Part shown: piece after piece, positions 12,089 through 22,116 of the stretch
Layout: each line of letters opens with the position of its first letter
How positions within the stretch are numbered: position 1 is the first letter of the stretch
Assembly: GCA_002699145.1 (NCBI GenBank)
Contig: PABK01000036.1
Coordinates: 13,598 to 77,597, forward strand
Source of the DNA: Halioglobus sp.
Lineage (GTDB): Bacteria; Pseudomonadota; Gammaproteobacteria; Pseudomonadales; Halieaceae
Direction of reading: 5' to 3'
Length of the DNA stretch: 64,000 nt
The notes under the pieces: model-generated
The model's database searches: none
Told to the model about the DNA's origin: nothing
Seen by the model: only the letters and a program-made list of their open reading frames with translations
Translations under genes and position numbers: made by a program

Positions 12089-13414
12089 ATGAGCAATGAC
12101 ACCTCCAACAAGGTCGGTTTCGTCAGTCTTGGCTGTCCCAAGGCGCTGGTGGATTCCGAACGCATCCTCACCCAGTTGAAAATCGATGGCTACGACATCG
12201 TGCCGACCTACGAGGACGCCGACATCGTGGTGGTCAACACCTGCGGCTTCATCGACAGCGCCAAGCAGGAGTCCCTGGACGCCATCGGCGAGGCGCTGAG
12301 CGAGAACGGTCGCGTCATCGTCACCGGCTGCATGGGCAAGGGCGAGGACGCCCGGGCGATCCAGCAATTGCACCCCAAGGTGCTCAGCGTCAGCGGACCG
12401 GCGGCCTACGAGGAGGTGGTCGGCGCGGTGCACGAATACGTGCCGTATACGCCCGGCCACGACCCCTACACCGACCTGGTGCCGCCCCAGGGCGTAAAAC
12501 TCACCCCCAGGCACTACGCCTACCTGAAGATTTCCGAGGGCTGCAACCACCGCTGCAGTTTCTGCATCATCCCGGCCATGCGCGGCGACCTGGTGAGCCG
12601 GCCCATCGGCGACGTGATGGAGGAAGCGGAGCGCCTGGTGCGCGCCGGCGTGCGCGAGTTGCTGGTCATCTCCCAGGACACCAGCGCCTACGGCGTGGAC
12701 ACGAAATTCCGCACCGGCTTCTGGAACGGTCGGCCACTGAAAACACGCATGCAGGAGCTGTGCGAGGCGCTGGGCGAATTCGGCGTGTGGGTGCGCCTGC
12801 ACTACGTCTACCCCTACCCGCACGTCGACAAGGTCATCCCGCTGATGGCCGAGGGCAGGATCCTGCCCTACCTGGACGTGCCCCTGCAGCACGGCAGCCC
12901 GGAAGTGCTGGCGCGCATGAAGCGCCCGGCGGCGGCGGAGCGCTCCCTGGAGCGCATCCGCGCCTGGCGGGACATCTGCCCTGACATCACCCTGCGCTCG
13001 ACCTTCATCGTCGGCTTTCCCGGGGAAACCGAGGCCGACTTCGAGCTGCTGCTGGATTTCCTGCGCGAGGCGCAACTGGACCGCGTCGGTTGTTTCCAGT
13101 ACTCCCCGGTGGACGGCGCGGCGGCCAACGCCCTGCCGGACCACGTCCCCGAGGCGCTCAAGCAGGAGCGCTGGGAGCGCTTCATGGCCCTGCAACAGCA
13201 GATCAGCGCGCAGCGCCTGCAGGACAAGGTCGGCCGCACTATCGAGATACTCATCGACAGCGTCGACGAGCAGGGCGCCGTGGGACGCTCCGCCGCCGAC
13301 GCGCCGGAGATCGACGGCCGCGTTTTCCTCGACGGCGCCACGGACCTGGTGCCGGGGGATTTCGTCGAGGCGCAGGTGAGCGCCGCGGACGATTACGACC
13401 TCTGGGCGGGCTAG
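12089..13414 (+). CDS. rimO: Ribosomal protein S12 methylthiotransferase
   Basis: [49 protein letters not shown] domain. Confidence 0.97.
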   Translation: MSNDTSNKVGFVSLGCPKALVDSERILTQLKIDGYDIVPTYEDADIVVVNTCGFIDSAKQESLDAIGEALSENGRVIVTGCMGKGEDARAIQQLHPKVLSVSGPAAYEEVVGAVHEYVPYTPGHDPYTDLVPPQGVKLTPRHYAYLKISEGCNHRCSFCIIPAMRGDLVSRPIGDVMEEAERLVRAGVRELLVISQDTSAYGVDTKFRTGFWNGRPLKTRMQELCEALGEFGVWVRLHYVYPYPHVDKVIPLMAEGRILPYLDVPLQHGSPEVLARMKRPAAAERSLERIRAWRDICPDITLRSTFIVGFPGETEADFELLLDFLREAQLDRVGCFQYSPVDGAAANALPDHVPEALKQERWERFMALQQQISAQRLQDKVGRTIEILIDSVDEQGAVGRSAADAPEIDGRVFLDGATDLVPGDFVEAQVSAADDYDLWAG

Positions 13415-13420
13415 CCCCCG

Positions 13421-14131
13421 GTGAACCTGCTGCTGTTCACCGCCCGGGACCGCGTTGACAACGACTGTATCGAGCTGCGCGGGCGGCGCCTGCGCCATCT
13501 GCTGCAGGTACACGGCGCGGGGCCGGGCGATACGCTGCGCGCGGGCGAGGTGGACGGCTTGATGGGCGAGGCCGAGGTGCTGTCCATCGATCGCGAGCGC
13601 GCACTGTTGCGCGTTTCCCTGCACGCCGAGCCGCCGCAGAAACTGCCGGTGGCGCTGGTGCTGGCCCTGCCGCGCCCAAAAATGCTGCGACGCATCCTGC
13701 GCAGCGCGGCGGAATTCGGCGTGCGCGAACTGCACCTTATCAACAGTTACCGCGTGGAGAAGAGCTACTGGCAAACCCCCGTACTGGCCGCCGCCACACT
13801 GCGCGAGTACCTGTTGCAGGGGCTGGAACAGGCGCGCGACACACGCCTGCCCACGGTGCACTGCCACCGCCGCTTCCGGCCCTGGGTCGAGGACGAACTG
13901 CCCGGATTGCTCGCCGGGCGCGACGCCCTGCTCGCCCACCCCGGCGAACACCCCCCCTGCCCGCCGACACTGCCCGGCGGGGAGCGCGTGCTGGTGGTGG
14001 GCCCAGAGGGCGGTTTCATCCCCTTTGAAGTGGAAAAAATGCAAGCTGCCGGCTGCGTCCCGGTCAGCCTCGGGCCGCGCATCCTGCGCGTGGAAAACGC
14101 GGTCAGTTCCCTGTTGGGCCGTTTCGTATAG
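13421..14131 (+). CDS. rsmE: 16S rRNA m3U1498 methyltransferase (SPOUT)
   Basis: LALPRPKML, VEKSYWQ, VVGPEGGFIPFE, SLGPRILRVENA. Confidence 0.85.
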   Translation: MNLLLFTARDRVDNDCIELRGRRLRHLLQVHGAGPGDTLRAGEVDGLMGEAEVLSIDRERALLRVSLHAEPPQKLPVALVLALPRPKMLRRILRSAAEFGVRELHLINSYRVEKSYWQTPVLAAATLREYLLQGLEQARDTRLPTVHCHRRFRPWVEDELPGLLAGRDALLAHPGEHPPCPPTLPGGERVLVVGPEGGFIPFEVEKMQAAGCVPVSLGPRILRVENAVSSLLGRFV

Positions 14132-14132
14132 A

Positions 14133-14170
14133 TAGTTGTAACAACTGCCTCTAGTTGCAACAACTGCCTC
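14133..14170. promoter_or_regulatory. Tandem 19-bp repeat, each copy with the palindrome AGTTG-N3-CAACT (putative double operator)
   Basis: TAGTTGTAACAACTGCCTC (14133-14151) and TAGTTGCAACAACTGCCTC (14152-14170), 18/19 identical. Confidence 0.6.
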
Positions 14171-14210
14171 TATTAGGTGGCCCACGGCGATGGCCAGCCT
14201 CCGGCCGAAG

Positions 14211-14219
14211 TGCTACTTT
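14211..14219 (+). promoter_or_regulatory. Possible extended -10 promoter (TGnTACTTT) of the TonB receptor gene
   Basis: TGCTACTTT about 115 nt upstream of ATG 14335. Confidence 0.35.
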
Positions 14220-14334
14220 TTCAAGGGTTGGCGCCTCCCAGCTTCACCCCGTGGCCGTTAAAAAAACACAACGAGGTGTCGCATTAAGCGGCCAGCCGTA
14301 CCTACGAATAACGACGACCCGCAGAGGATCCGCC

Positions 14335-16851
14335 ATGCGCAACCAACAACGCCTGATTGTCACCAGCCTGTCCGCCGTACTGGCCGCTGGCGCCACCGCC
14401 CTGTTTCCCCTCGCCGCCTCCGCACAGCTGGTGCTGGAAGAGGTGGTGGTCACCGCGCGCAAACGCGAGGAGACCCTGCAGGAGACGCCCATCGCGGTCA
14501 CCGCACTGACCGGGGAAAACCTGCAGGAACTGGGCCTGACCAATATCTCCGACCTGCGCAAGGTCGTGCCCAACGTGGACATGTACGAAGGCAATGGCGC
14601 CTCGGGCACGGGCAACGTGTTCATCCGCGGCGTCGGCGCGCGCAATACCGGCGTCAACTTCGACTCCGGCGTGGGCATCTACGTCGACGGCGTCTACGTG
14701 TCGCGCCCGGACGGCGCGGTGCTGGACAACGTCGACCTGCAAAGCGTACAGGTATTGCGCGGGCCGCAGGGCACGCTGTTCGGCAAGAACACCACCGGCG
14801 GCGCGATTCTCTATACCACCAACAAGCCGGTCGAGGAGTTCGAGGCGCATGTCGAGGGCCGCCTGGGCAACTACGACCGCATGGACGTACAGGCGACCGC
14901 CAACCTGCCACTGGTCGGCGATACCCTGCTGTCGCGCTTCTCCGTGTGGTCCACCGAGCGCGACGGCTACACCAAGGCGGTGTCCGGCGGCCTGCCGGGC
15001 CTGCAGGACGAGGAAGAGTACACCGATATCGGCCGCAAGGGTGCACAGGCACAGCTGCGCTGGGCGGCGGCCGACGCGCTGACCCTGGACCTGAACTACA
15101 CCTGGACCGATACCGACCAGGCCGCGCGCGGGCAGAACTGCGAGGTGGTCGAGGGTGTTCCGGGCGCGGGCTGGCAGGCGGAGCTGCAGGACCAGTTCAT
15201 TATCGTGCCCGCCACCGGCAAGACCATCAAGGAGTGGTGCCAGGAAAACCAGGACCTGGGCAAGGACAAGATCCAGGCGGAACTGGCGCCCAACCGCTAC
15301 AAGGCGGAAACCAACACCCTGTCGTTCACCGCCGACTGGGACCTGAACGACGAGCTGAACTTCAAGAGCATCAGCGCCTGGCGCAATACGCTGGGCGGAC
15401 AGACCGACGAGCTGGACGCCATGGGCATTCCCCTGCTGGGTCGCAACAACTACGGCTGGAGCGGCGCGGACGAGCGCGAGACCGACGCCTACAGCCAGGA
15501 ATTCCAGCTCGCCGGCGTCGCTTTCGACGACCGGCTGGACTACGTCGTCGGCGTGTACGGCTTCCACGAGGAGACCGACCCCAGCGGCCCGGCATCGCCG
15601 TCGGGGCCGTTTTTCGGCGCCATTTTCAACCCGAACAACGCGTTCTACACCAACACCGTCACCGAGATCGGCACGAAAAACTCATCGGCGTCGGCCTACT
15701 CCCAGGCAGACTGGAATTTCGATGAGAGCTGGCGCCTGACCGTGGGCGTGCGCTACACCTGGGAAGAACGCCAGCTCAAGCGCAACTTCCTGGTACCCGA
15801 CCTGGCGACCGTCGCCACCACCGGCGATGCCATGGCCGGCGTGACCGAACAGTTCATCCTCTTCCCGAGCGGACCCGACAGCTTCAACCCGGAGCACCTG
15901 TTCGTGCTGGACGACGGGCCGCTGGCGCGGCAGAGCATGAAGGTCGACAACGACGACGTCACGCCGATGGCCAGCCTGCAGTACACCTTCGACGAGTGGG
16001 GCTTCATCAACAGCGGCAGCGCCTACGCCACCGTCGCCAACGGTTTCCTCTCCGGCGGCATTACCGACACCGTGTCAGTGCAGACCGGCATGATCGAGGA
16101 ATACGACCCCGAGGAGGTGTGGAACTACGAGCTGGGCGTGAAACTGGACGCCTGGGAGCGCCGCCTGCGCCTGAACGTGGCGCTGTTCTACACCGACTAC
16201 GAGGATCGCCAGCTGACCACCGTGCGCATCAACCCGGAGACGGGGCGCATCGCCGGGGCGCTGATCAACGCCAAGTCCTCGTCCATCAGCGGCATCGAGA
16301 TCGAGTCCACGCTGCTGCCAGTGGAGAACCTGCAATTGATCGCCAACGTGACCTTCAACGAGGGCGATATCGACGAGTACGACGACGAGCGCATCCTCGG
16401 GCTGCCCGCGGATGGCAGCCCCATACCCGCGGAGTGCGACGCGGTGACCGTGGGCACCGGCGAGGTGATGAACTGCCCGGTGGACCGCTCCGACGAGAAC
16501 CTGCCGCGCCTGCCGGAGGAAATCTACTTCCTCGCTGCGCAATACAACTGGGAGACCGACTTCGGCCGCATCGTGCCCTTCGTGTCCTGGTCCTACCGCA
16601 CCAACGTGGACAACTGCTTCGACCGCGCCAGCTGCCTGTCAGGCCTGTACGAGGTCGACCAGGAGGACCTGTCGGCGCGCCTGACCTGGTACTCGCCCGA
16701 GGAGAACCTGCGCATCACCGCCTGGGGCGCCAACCTGACCGACGAGCGTTACATCACCGGCGGTACGCCGCTGGTGGACGTCACCGAGACGGCGGGCACG
16801 GTGTACAACCTGCCGCGCACCTACGGCGTGGAATTCGCCTACGATTTCTAG
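14335..16851 (+). CDS. TonB-dependent receptor
   Basis: Signal peptide, LEEVVVTARKRE TonB-box region, plug motifs VGIYVDGVY and VLRGPQGTLFGKNTTGGAI, C-terminal PRTYGVEFAYDF. Confidence 0.96.
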   Translation: MRNQQRLIVTSLSAVLAAGATALFPLAASAQLVLEEVVVTARKREETLQETPIAVTALTGENLQELGLTNISDLRKVVPNVDMYEGNGASGTGNVFIRGVGARNTGVNFDSGVGIYVDGVYVSRPDGAVLDNVDLQSVQVLRGPQGTLFGKNTTGGAILYTTNKPVEEFEAHVEGRLGNYDRMDVQATANLPLVGDTLLSRFSVWSTERDGYTKAVSGGLPGLQDEEEYTDIGRKGAQAQLRWAAADALTLDLNYTWTDTDQAARGQNCEVVEGVPGAGWQAELQDQFIIVPATGKTIKEWCQENQDLGKDKIQAELAPNRYKAETNTLSFTADWDLNDELNFKSISAWRNTLGGQTDELDAMGIPLLGRNNYGWSGADERETDAYSQEFQLAGVAFDDRLDYVVGVYGFHEETDPSGPASPSGPFFGAIFNPNNAFYTNTVTEIGTKNSSASAYSQADWNFDESWRLTVGVRYTWEERQLKRNFLVPDLATVATTGDAMAGVTEQFILFPSGPDSFNPEHLFVLDDGPLARQSMKVDNDDVTPMASLQYTFDEWGFINSGSAYATVANGFLSGGITDTVSVQTGMIEEYDPEEVWNYELGVKLDAWERRLRLNVALFYTDYEDRQLTTVRINPETGRIAGALINAKSSSISGIEIESTLLPVENLQLIANVTFNEGDIDEYDDERILGLPADGSPIPAECDAVTVGTGEVMNCPVDRSDENLPRLPEEIYFLAAQYNWETDFGRIVPFVSWSYRTNVDNCFDRASCLSGLYEVDQEDLSARLTWYSPEENLRITAWGANLTDERYITGGTPLVDVTETAGTVYNLPRTYGVEFAYDF

Positions 16852-16874
16852 GCGCCGCCGCAAGCCACTGTTGC

Positions 16875-16898
16875 AGCCGGCCCTGTGCCGGCTTTTTT
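16875..16898 (+). terminator. Rho-independent terminator after the TonB receptor
   Basis: AGCCGGC-CCTGT-GCCGGCT hairpin followed by a T tract. Confidence 0.8.
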
Positions 16899-16931
16899 CT
16901 GCGCGGGTAATGGTTGTGGCGACGACCAGGG

Positions 16932-17096
16932 CGCATTCTCTTGCGGGCGCGTGCCGCGCAGGCCCCTCGCTACGCGACCCGCGGCCCTCCGGGCTGCCCT
17001 CGGTCGGTCGCGAGCCCTGCGGTCTCGCTCCACTCCCTCGGCGCGGCCCAAAGCGTCCGCAAGGGGCCTGCGCGGCACGCACCCGCGGACAGTGCG
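16932..17096. repeat. ~165-bp inverted-repeat element (MITE- or REP-like)
   Basis: Arms 16943-16967 and 17062-17086 are 24/25 complementary; internal hairpins; lies between convergent genes. Confidence 0.65.
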
Positions 17097-17135
17097 TGGT
17101 ATCAGGGCATTGCAGCCTGGATTAAGCCAACTGGA

Positions 17136-17792
17136 TCAGTCCTGGACGGACAGGCCCTCGGGGCAGGCGACGCCGGTGCCGCCGAGGCCGCAGTAGCCGC
17201 CGGGGTTCCTGGCCAGGTACTGCTGGTGGTAGTCCTCGGCGAAGTAGAACGGCGGTGCGGGCAGTATCTCGGTGGTGATGGCGCCGAAGCCGGCGGCGTC
17301 CAGGGAGGCCTGGAAGGCCTCGCGCGAGCTCGCCGCGAGGGCGGCCTGCTCGTCGTCATAGGTATAGATACCCGAGCGGTACTGGGTGCCGACGTCATTG
17401 CCCTGGCGCAGGCCCTGGGTCGGGTCGTGGCCCTCCCAGAACACCCGCAACAATTGCGCGTAGCTGACCACGGCCGGGTCGAAGATCACGCGGACCACCT
17501 CGTTGTGCCCCGTGCGCCCGCTGCACACCTCGCGATAGGTCGGGTTGGGGGTGAAACCCGCGGCGTAGCCGGCGGCGGTGGTGAACACGCCCGGCAACTG
17601 CCAGAACATGCGCTCCACGCCCCAGAAGCAGCCCATGCCGAACATGGCCTGGGCCAGGTGATCGGCGAAGGGCCCCTGCATGGGGTTGCCGTTGACGAAA
17701 TGGGTGGCCGCCACCGGCATGGACTCGTCCCTGCCGGGCAGGGCCTCGTCGGCGGTCGGCATGCTTACAGCGGTTTTGCGCAACAGGCTCAT
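17136..17792 (-). CDS. msrA: Peptide-methionine (S)-S-oxide reductase
   Basis: [57 protein letters not shown]; true start ATG 17792 inside a longer shadow ORF. Confidence 0.97.
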   Translation of the reverse strand: MSLLRKTAVSMPTADEALPGRDESMPVAATHFVNGNPMQGPFADHLAQAMFGMGCFWGVERMFWQLPGVFTTAAGYAAGFTPNPTYREVCSGRTGHNEVVRVIFDPAVVSYAQLLRVFWEGHDPTQGLRQGNDVGTQYRSGIYTYDDEQAALAASSREAFQASLDAAGFGAITTEILPAPPFYFAEDYHQQYLARNPGGYCGLGGTGVACPEGLSVQD

Positions 17793-17849
17793 GGGCTGCA
17801 AGTATAGCGCCGATTGGGCTACAGTAGCATCCCGATCAAGGAGGGACCC

Positions 17850-19853
17850 ATGGCCATCACTCGCCGTTCCCTGCTGGGCCTGATGTCCGGCAGCACCTTC
17901 GTACTGACCGCCGCGCCCGGCGCACTGGGAACGCTGAGCGCCCCGCCGCCACTGGACCCGGCGCGCTTCCCCCAGGGCGTGGCCTCGGGCGACCCGCGGC
18001 CGGACAGCGTGATGCTGTGGACCCGCGCCGAGCCGCTCGCGCCGGGAGCGCCGGCGGTGACCCTGCTGCTGGAGGTGAGCAGCGACCCGGACTTCACCGA
18101 GCTGGTACTGCAGTCGCCCCTGCGGGCGCCGGCGGAATCGGATTACACCGTGCGCGCCTTCGTCGACGGCCTCGCCGCCGACAGTATCTATTACTATCGC
18201 TTTCGCGGCGCGCGCGACTCGCGCTCGCGCACCGGGCGCACGCGCACGGCGCCGGCGGCGGACCAGGCGCGCAGGATCAACCTGGCGTTCACCAGTTGCC
18301 AGAGTTACGAACAGGCCCACTACGGCGCCTGGGCGCGCATGATCGCGCAGGACGAACAGGCCGCCGACGGAGAAGCGATCGATTTCGTGCTGCACCTGGG
18401 CGATTTCATCTACGAACGCTGCTGGCACACACGTATCGACGGCACGCCCCAGGCGCGCCGGGTGCCGGACTTCCCCGACGGCGTGGACAGCGAAAAGAAC
18501 CGCTACGCCGTCTCCCTGGCGGACTACCGCCACCTGTACAAGGTGTACCTCTCCGACCCTCACCTGCAGGCGGCCCGCGCGCGCTGGCCCTTCGTGTGCA
18601 CCTGGGACGACCACGAGTACGCCAACGATAACTACCAGTCCTACAGCACCTACAACGGCGAGCACGTGTGCGACCCGCAGCGCAAACTGCACGCGAACCA
18701 GGCCTGGTTCGAGTTCATACCGACGGTGCTGGACGAGCTGCAGCAAGCGGCCCACGACTTCCGCGCCACCGCGCTGGCCGGCCCGGCCGAGGCGCAGAAC
18801 GCCGCCGCGGTGGACAGCCTGCGCATCTACCGGCGGCTGTCCTGGGGCCGCCAGCTCGACCTGGTGCTCACCGACCTGCGCAGTTACCGCAGCCCGCCCT
18901 GCCTGGAAGAGGGCTTCGCCGACAGCCTGGGCCTGCCGCTGGACCCGGTGGAACTGGTGGAGATCGCCGACGCCGGTCGCGATTACGCCGGCGGGCATGC
19001 GCCGGCCACACTGCGCTGGGGCGATGGCAGCACGCCCAATCCCGCCCGCGACCGGGCCCCGGGCAGCATGCTCGGCGCCGCGCAGCGCGACTGGTTTCTG
19101 CGCACCCTGGGCGATTCCCCGGCGCGCTGGAAACTGTGGGGCAACTCGCTGCCCCTGCTGCCCATGCGGCTGGACCTGTCCAGCCTGCCCCTGACCGTGT
19201 ACGAGGACAGCATCTTCAACCTCGACGCCTGGGCGGGGTATCCCCACGAGGTGCGCCTGCTCATGGACGGCCTGCGCGAGCGCCAGGTGGGCGGCGTGGT
19301 GTCGCTGTCCGGTGACCACCACATGCACGGCGCAGGCAGTATCCGGCGCTCCCCCGCCGAGCCCGACGCCCCGGCGGTCACGGTGGATTTCACCGTCGCC
19401 GGCATCAGCTCCTCGCCCATCTTCGAGGACCTCATGGCGGTGGCGCGGCGCAACTACAACGCCTTTCGCACCCTGGTCTACCGCGAGGACGGCGACGGCC
19501 TCGACCCGGTGTGGAACATGTCCATGCTGGACGGGGTGCTACCGGCCTACCTGTACTCGAAAACGGGACTGAAGGGCCCGGCGCGCTGGCTGGGCCCGAA
19601 CGCCGCCAACCCGGGCCTGCGCTACGTCGACACCACCGCCAACGGCTACGGCCTGGCCAGTTTCGATGCGGATGCGCTGAGCGTGAGCATGGTCACGCTG
19701 GAGGACTGTCGCGAGGCGTTCAGCGAACCGCCGGCGATCGCCCACGTGGCGCATTTCCGCCTGCCCCACTGGCGCGGCGGCGAGGCGCCGCAACTGCAGG
19801 GGCCGGAATTCGAGGGCAGTGCGCCGTTTCCCTTTGAACCTAGCGCGGTGTAG
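17850..19853 (+). CDS. phoD: PhoD-family alkaline phosphatase/phosphodiesterase, Tat-exported
   Basis: Tat motif [43 protein letters not shown]. Confidence 0.9.
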   Translation: MAITRRSLLGLMSGSTFVLTAAPGALGTLSAPPPLDPARFPQGVASGDPRPDSVMLWTRAEPLAPGAPAVTLLLEVSSDPDFTELVLQSPLRAPAESDYTVRAFVDGLAADSIYYYRFRGARDSRSRTGRTRTAPAADQARRINLAFTSCQSYEQAHYGAWARMIAQDEQAADGEAIDFVLHLGDFIYERCWHTRIDGTPQARRVPDFPDGVDSEKNRYAVSLADYRHLYKVYLSDPHLQAARARWPFVCTWDDHEYANDNYQSYSTYNGEHVCDPQRKLHANQAWFEFIPTVLDELQQAAHDFRATALAGPAEAQNAAAVDSLRIYRRLSWGRQLDLVLTDLRSYRSPPCLEEGFADSLGLPLDPVELVEIADAGRDYAGGHAPATLRWGDGSTPNPARDRAPGSMLGAAQRDWFLRTLGDSPARWKLWGNSLPLLPMRLDLSSLPLTVYEDSIFNLDAWAGYPHEVRLLMDGLRERQVGGVVSLSGDHHMHGAGSIRRSPAEPDAPAVTVDFTVAGISSSPIFEDLMAVARRNYNAFRTLVYREDGDGLDPVWNMSMLDGVLPAYLYSKTGLKGPARWLGPNAANPGLRYVDTTANGYGLASFDADALSVSMVTLEDCREAFSEPPAIAHVAHFRLPHWRGGEAPQLQGPEFEGSAPFPFEPSAV

Positions 19854-19981
19854 GCTGTCTGAATACAGGGAACGCGGTAAAACGCCCACGCGGTTCATAC
19901 ACCTGTCATGAAGCGCTTTTACCCTGCTCCGGAACAAAAAATCACTGGAAAGCCATCGGCCCCGGAGAACGGGCCGGCAGG

Positions 19982-20191
19982 ATGAATCGAACAACGAATA
20001 CTATGAATACCGTCAAAATCAACGCCAGCGAACTGTGCAGCCGCAAACTGTGGCAGCTCATCAATGCCAGCGCCGCGGAGCGCATCAGCGAAACCGAACT
20101 GAGCGAGGTCGTCGAGGAACTGGCCAGGCGCCGCCACTACCTGGAGGATTTGCAGGAATTGGGTAAACTGGGGGACCATCGCGACAACTGA
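19982..20191 (+). CDS. Small hypothetical protein
   Basis: Helical gene-like sequence (CSRKLWQL...ELARRRHYLEDL); alternative start ATG 20003; directly precedes the VWA gene. Confidence 0.6.
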   Translation: MNRTTNTMNTVKINASELCSRKLWQLINASAAERISETELSEVVEELARRRHYLEDLQELGKLGDHRDN

Positions 20192-20210
20192 GGGCGCGCC
20201 CCGCAACGCC

Positions 20211-20897
20211 ATGCCCAAACCTCCCTCGCGCCGGTCCTCCTCCTCGGAGATCGCGCGGTTCCTGCACAAGAGCAAGGCCATCTCACAATTCGTCGAGCGG
20301 CAGCCGCGACTGCTGTTCGCCGTCGACGCCACCGCCAGCCGCCAGCCCACCTGGGATACCGCCAGCCATATCCAGCAGGAGATGTTCCGCGCCACCGCGA
20401 AGGTCGCGCAACTGTCGGTCCAGCTGTGCTACTACCGCGGCTTCCACGATTTCAGCGCCAGCCCCTGGCTGGACGACAGCGCGCGCTTGCGCCAGCTGAT
20501 GGGGGCGGTGCGCTGCGAGGGCGGGCACACCCAGATCGCCCGCCTGCTGCGCCACGCCCTGGCCGAGCACGGCGCGGCGCCGGTGCGCGCGGTGGTGTTT
20601 ATCGGTGACGCGCTGGAGGAAAATCCCGACACCCTGTGCGACCTCGCCGGGCAGTGCGGCATCCTGCGCCTGCCGCTGTTCCTGTTCCAGGAGGGCGACG
20701 AGCGCCGCGTGCGCGACACCTTCGAGCAGATGGCGCGCCTGTCCGGCGGCGCCTGGGCGCGCTTCGACAGCCGCAGCGCCGACACGCTCGCCGCCCTGCT
20801 GGGCGCCGTGGCCTGTTACGCCGCGGGCGGCCGGGCCGCCCTGGAAAACAATGCCAGCGAGGGTGCTAAACTGCTGCTGCGTCAACTGCCCAACTAG
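20211..20897 (+). CDS. VWA-domain protein
   Basis: MIDAS-like LFAVDATASR, GGHTQI, VVFIGDALEE. Confidence 0.85.
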   Translation: MPKPPSRRSSSSEIARFLHKSKAISQFVERQPRLLFAVDATASRQPTWDTASHIQQEMFRATAKVAQLSVQLCYYRGFHDFSASPWLDDSARLRQLMGAVRCEGGHTQIARLLRHALAEHGAAPVRAVVFIGDALEENPDTLCDLAGQCGILRLPLFLFQEGDERRVRDTFEQMARLSGGAWARFDSRSADTLAALLGAVACYAAGGRAALENNASEGAKLLLRQLPN

Positions 20898-20916
20898 AAC
20901 CCGGGAAGCGAGCTCC

Positions 20917-21618
20917 TTGCCAAGACTCATACTGCTGCTGGCGATCATCGCCGTCGTCTACCTGCTGGTGCGCCGCGCGCGCGCCCTGCCGCCACAACAG
21001 CGCCGTGGAGCGTACCTCAAGCTGGCGCTGGGCGCCGCGCTGGTGGCCGCGCTGGGCCTGACGCTCACCGGGCGCATGCACTGGGTCGGGGCGGCACTCA
21101 CCGGACTGCTGGTGGCGGCGCGGCAGTTGCTGCCCGTGCTGGTGCGACTGTTTCCCATGCTGTCCAGCCTGCGTAGCCAGGGGGCAACCGGCGGACGCGG
21201 CTCCACGGTAGAGAGCGACATCCTGCGCATGCACCTGGATCACGACAGCGGCGACCTGCAGGGCGAGGTGCTGCGCGGCGAGTTCAAGGGTTGGCGCCTG
21301 GCGGATATGGACCGCGCACAGCTGGAATCCCTGCTGGCCTATTGCCGCCGCGAAGACAGCGACTCGGCGCAATTGTTGAGCAGCTACCTGCAGCGCCGCT
21401 TTCCCGGCGAGGACAACTTCGACAGCGGTCCCGCCCACGGCGGCGGCGCCATGTCCCGGCGCGAGGCCCTGGCGGTGCTGGGACTGGAGGAAGACGCCAC
21501 GGAGGAGGATATCGTCGCGGCACACCGCTCGCTGATGCAAAAGCTGCACCCGGACCGGGGCGGCAACGACTACCTGGCGGCCAAGCTGAACCAGGCCAAG
21601 GACCTGTTGCTGGGGTGA
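20917..21618 (+). CDS. Membrane-anchored protein with C-terminal DnaJ (J) domain
   Basis: TTG start at 20917, N-terminal TM segments, MSRREALAVLGL...HRSLMQKLHPDRGG with HPD motif. Confidence 0.85.
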   Translation: MPRLILLLAIIAVVYLLVRRARALPPQQRRGAYLKLALGAALVAALGLTLTGRMHWVGAALTGLLVAARQLLPVLVRLFPMLSSLRSQGATGGRGSTVESDILRMHLDHDSGDLQGEVLRGEFKGWRLADMDRAQLESLLAYCRREDSDSAQLLSSYLQRRFPGEDNFDSGPAHGGGAMSRREALAVLGLEEDATEEDIVAAHRSLMQKLHPDRGGNDYLAAKLNQAKDLLLG

Positions 21619-21692
21619 AGCGCCTCGCCGGCGTGGGCAAAGCGCCGCGCTTGGCTTAAAATTGCGCGCGGGACAACACGGGGAAACGACAC

Positions 21693-21992
21693 ATGACTGA
21701 CGTGTACGTGGTGCGCAATCAACTGGGTCATTACTGGGGCAAGGGCAAGGCGTGGGCGGACGGCTCCGACCCGCGCAGCGTGGCCCGCTTCAGGCACGAG
21801 GACGAGGCGGTCAATACGCTGTTCGAGCTGAGCTCCAGGGACATCGAACTGCGCGGCGAGGTGCTCGCCGTGACCCTGTCCGAGCGCGGCGAGCCCCAGG
21901 TCACGCCCAGCGACCACCCCCTGCCGCAGGAGCCGGAAGAGGACGACGAGGACGCGGCCGCCGCGAGCGGCGAGGACGCGCTGAGCTCTTGA
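21693..21992 (+). CDS. Hypothetical protein with acidic C-terminus
   Basis: ATG after GGGGAA; [11 protein letters not shown]...[14 protein letters not shown]; TAAAAT -10-like element at 21657-21662. Confidence 0.7.
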   Translation: MTDVYVVRNQLGHYWGKGKAWADGSDPRSVARFRHEDEAVNTLFELSSRDIELRGEVLAVTLSERGEPQVTPSDHPLPQEPEEDDEDAAAASGEDALSS

Positions 21993-22014
21993 AAATCGCG
22001 CGCCACGCCCCCAT
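21988..22014 (+). promoter_or_regulatory. Sigma32 (RpoH) promoter of htpX
   Basis: CTTGAA (21988-21993)-N15-CCCCAT (22009-22014), matching the RpoH consensus; htpX is a known RpoH target in E. coli. Confidence 0.8.
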
Positions 22015-22116
22015 TCCCGGCTGGAGTGGGCGGCCGGCGCGGGACCCCCGCTTCGAGCCGCGGGTCGAAGCACAGCGGACACGAAACCACGCGACAGCCA
22101 AGTAGCGGAGGCAAGC

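Noticed and set aside
10592-14185. 1197-aa minus-strand ORF
   Set aside because: Antisense shadow of dcaP-rimO-rsmE caused by high GC at third codon positions; no recognisable motifs.
14171-14334. Cobalamin or TPP riboswitch in the TonB receptor leader
   Set aside because: No conserved riboswitch core motifs recognised.
17793-17849. Pho box upstream of phoD
   Set aside because: No CTGTCAT-type 11-bp direct repeat in the short msrA-phoD gap.
17793-19328. Apparent long N-terminal extension of MsrA (730-aa ORF)
   Set aside because: It is the antisense frame of phoD; real MsrA homology begins at ATG 17792.
19856-19869. CTGT...ACAG as a LexA box
   Set aside because: Spacer is 6 nt rather than 8; no SOS gene follows. 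No CTGT-N8-ACAG was found upstream of dinB either.
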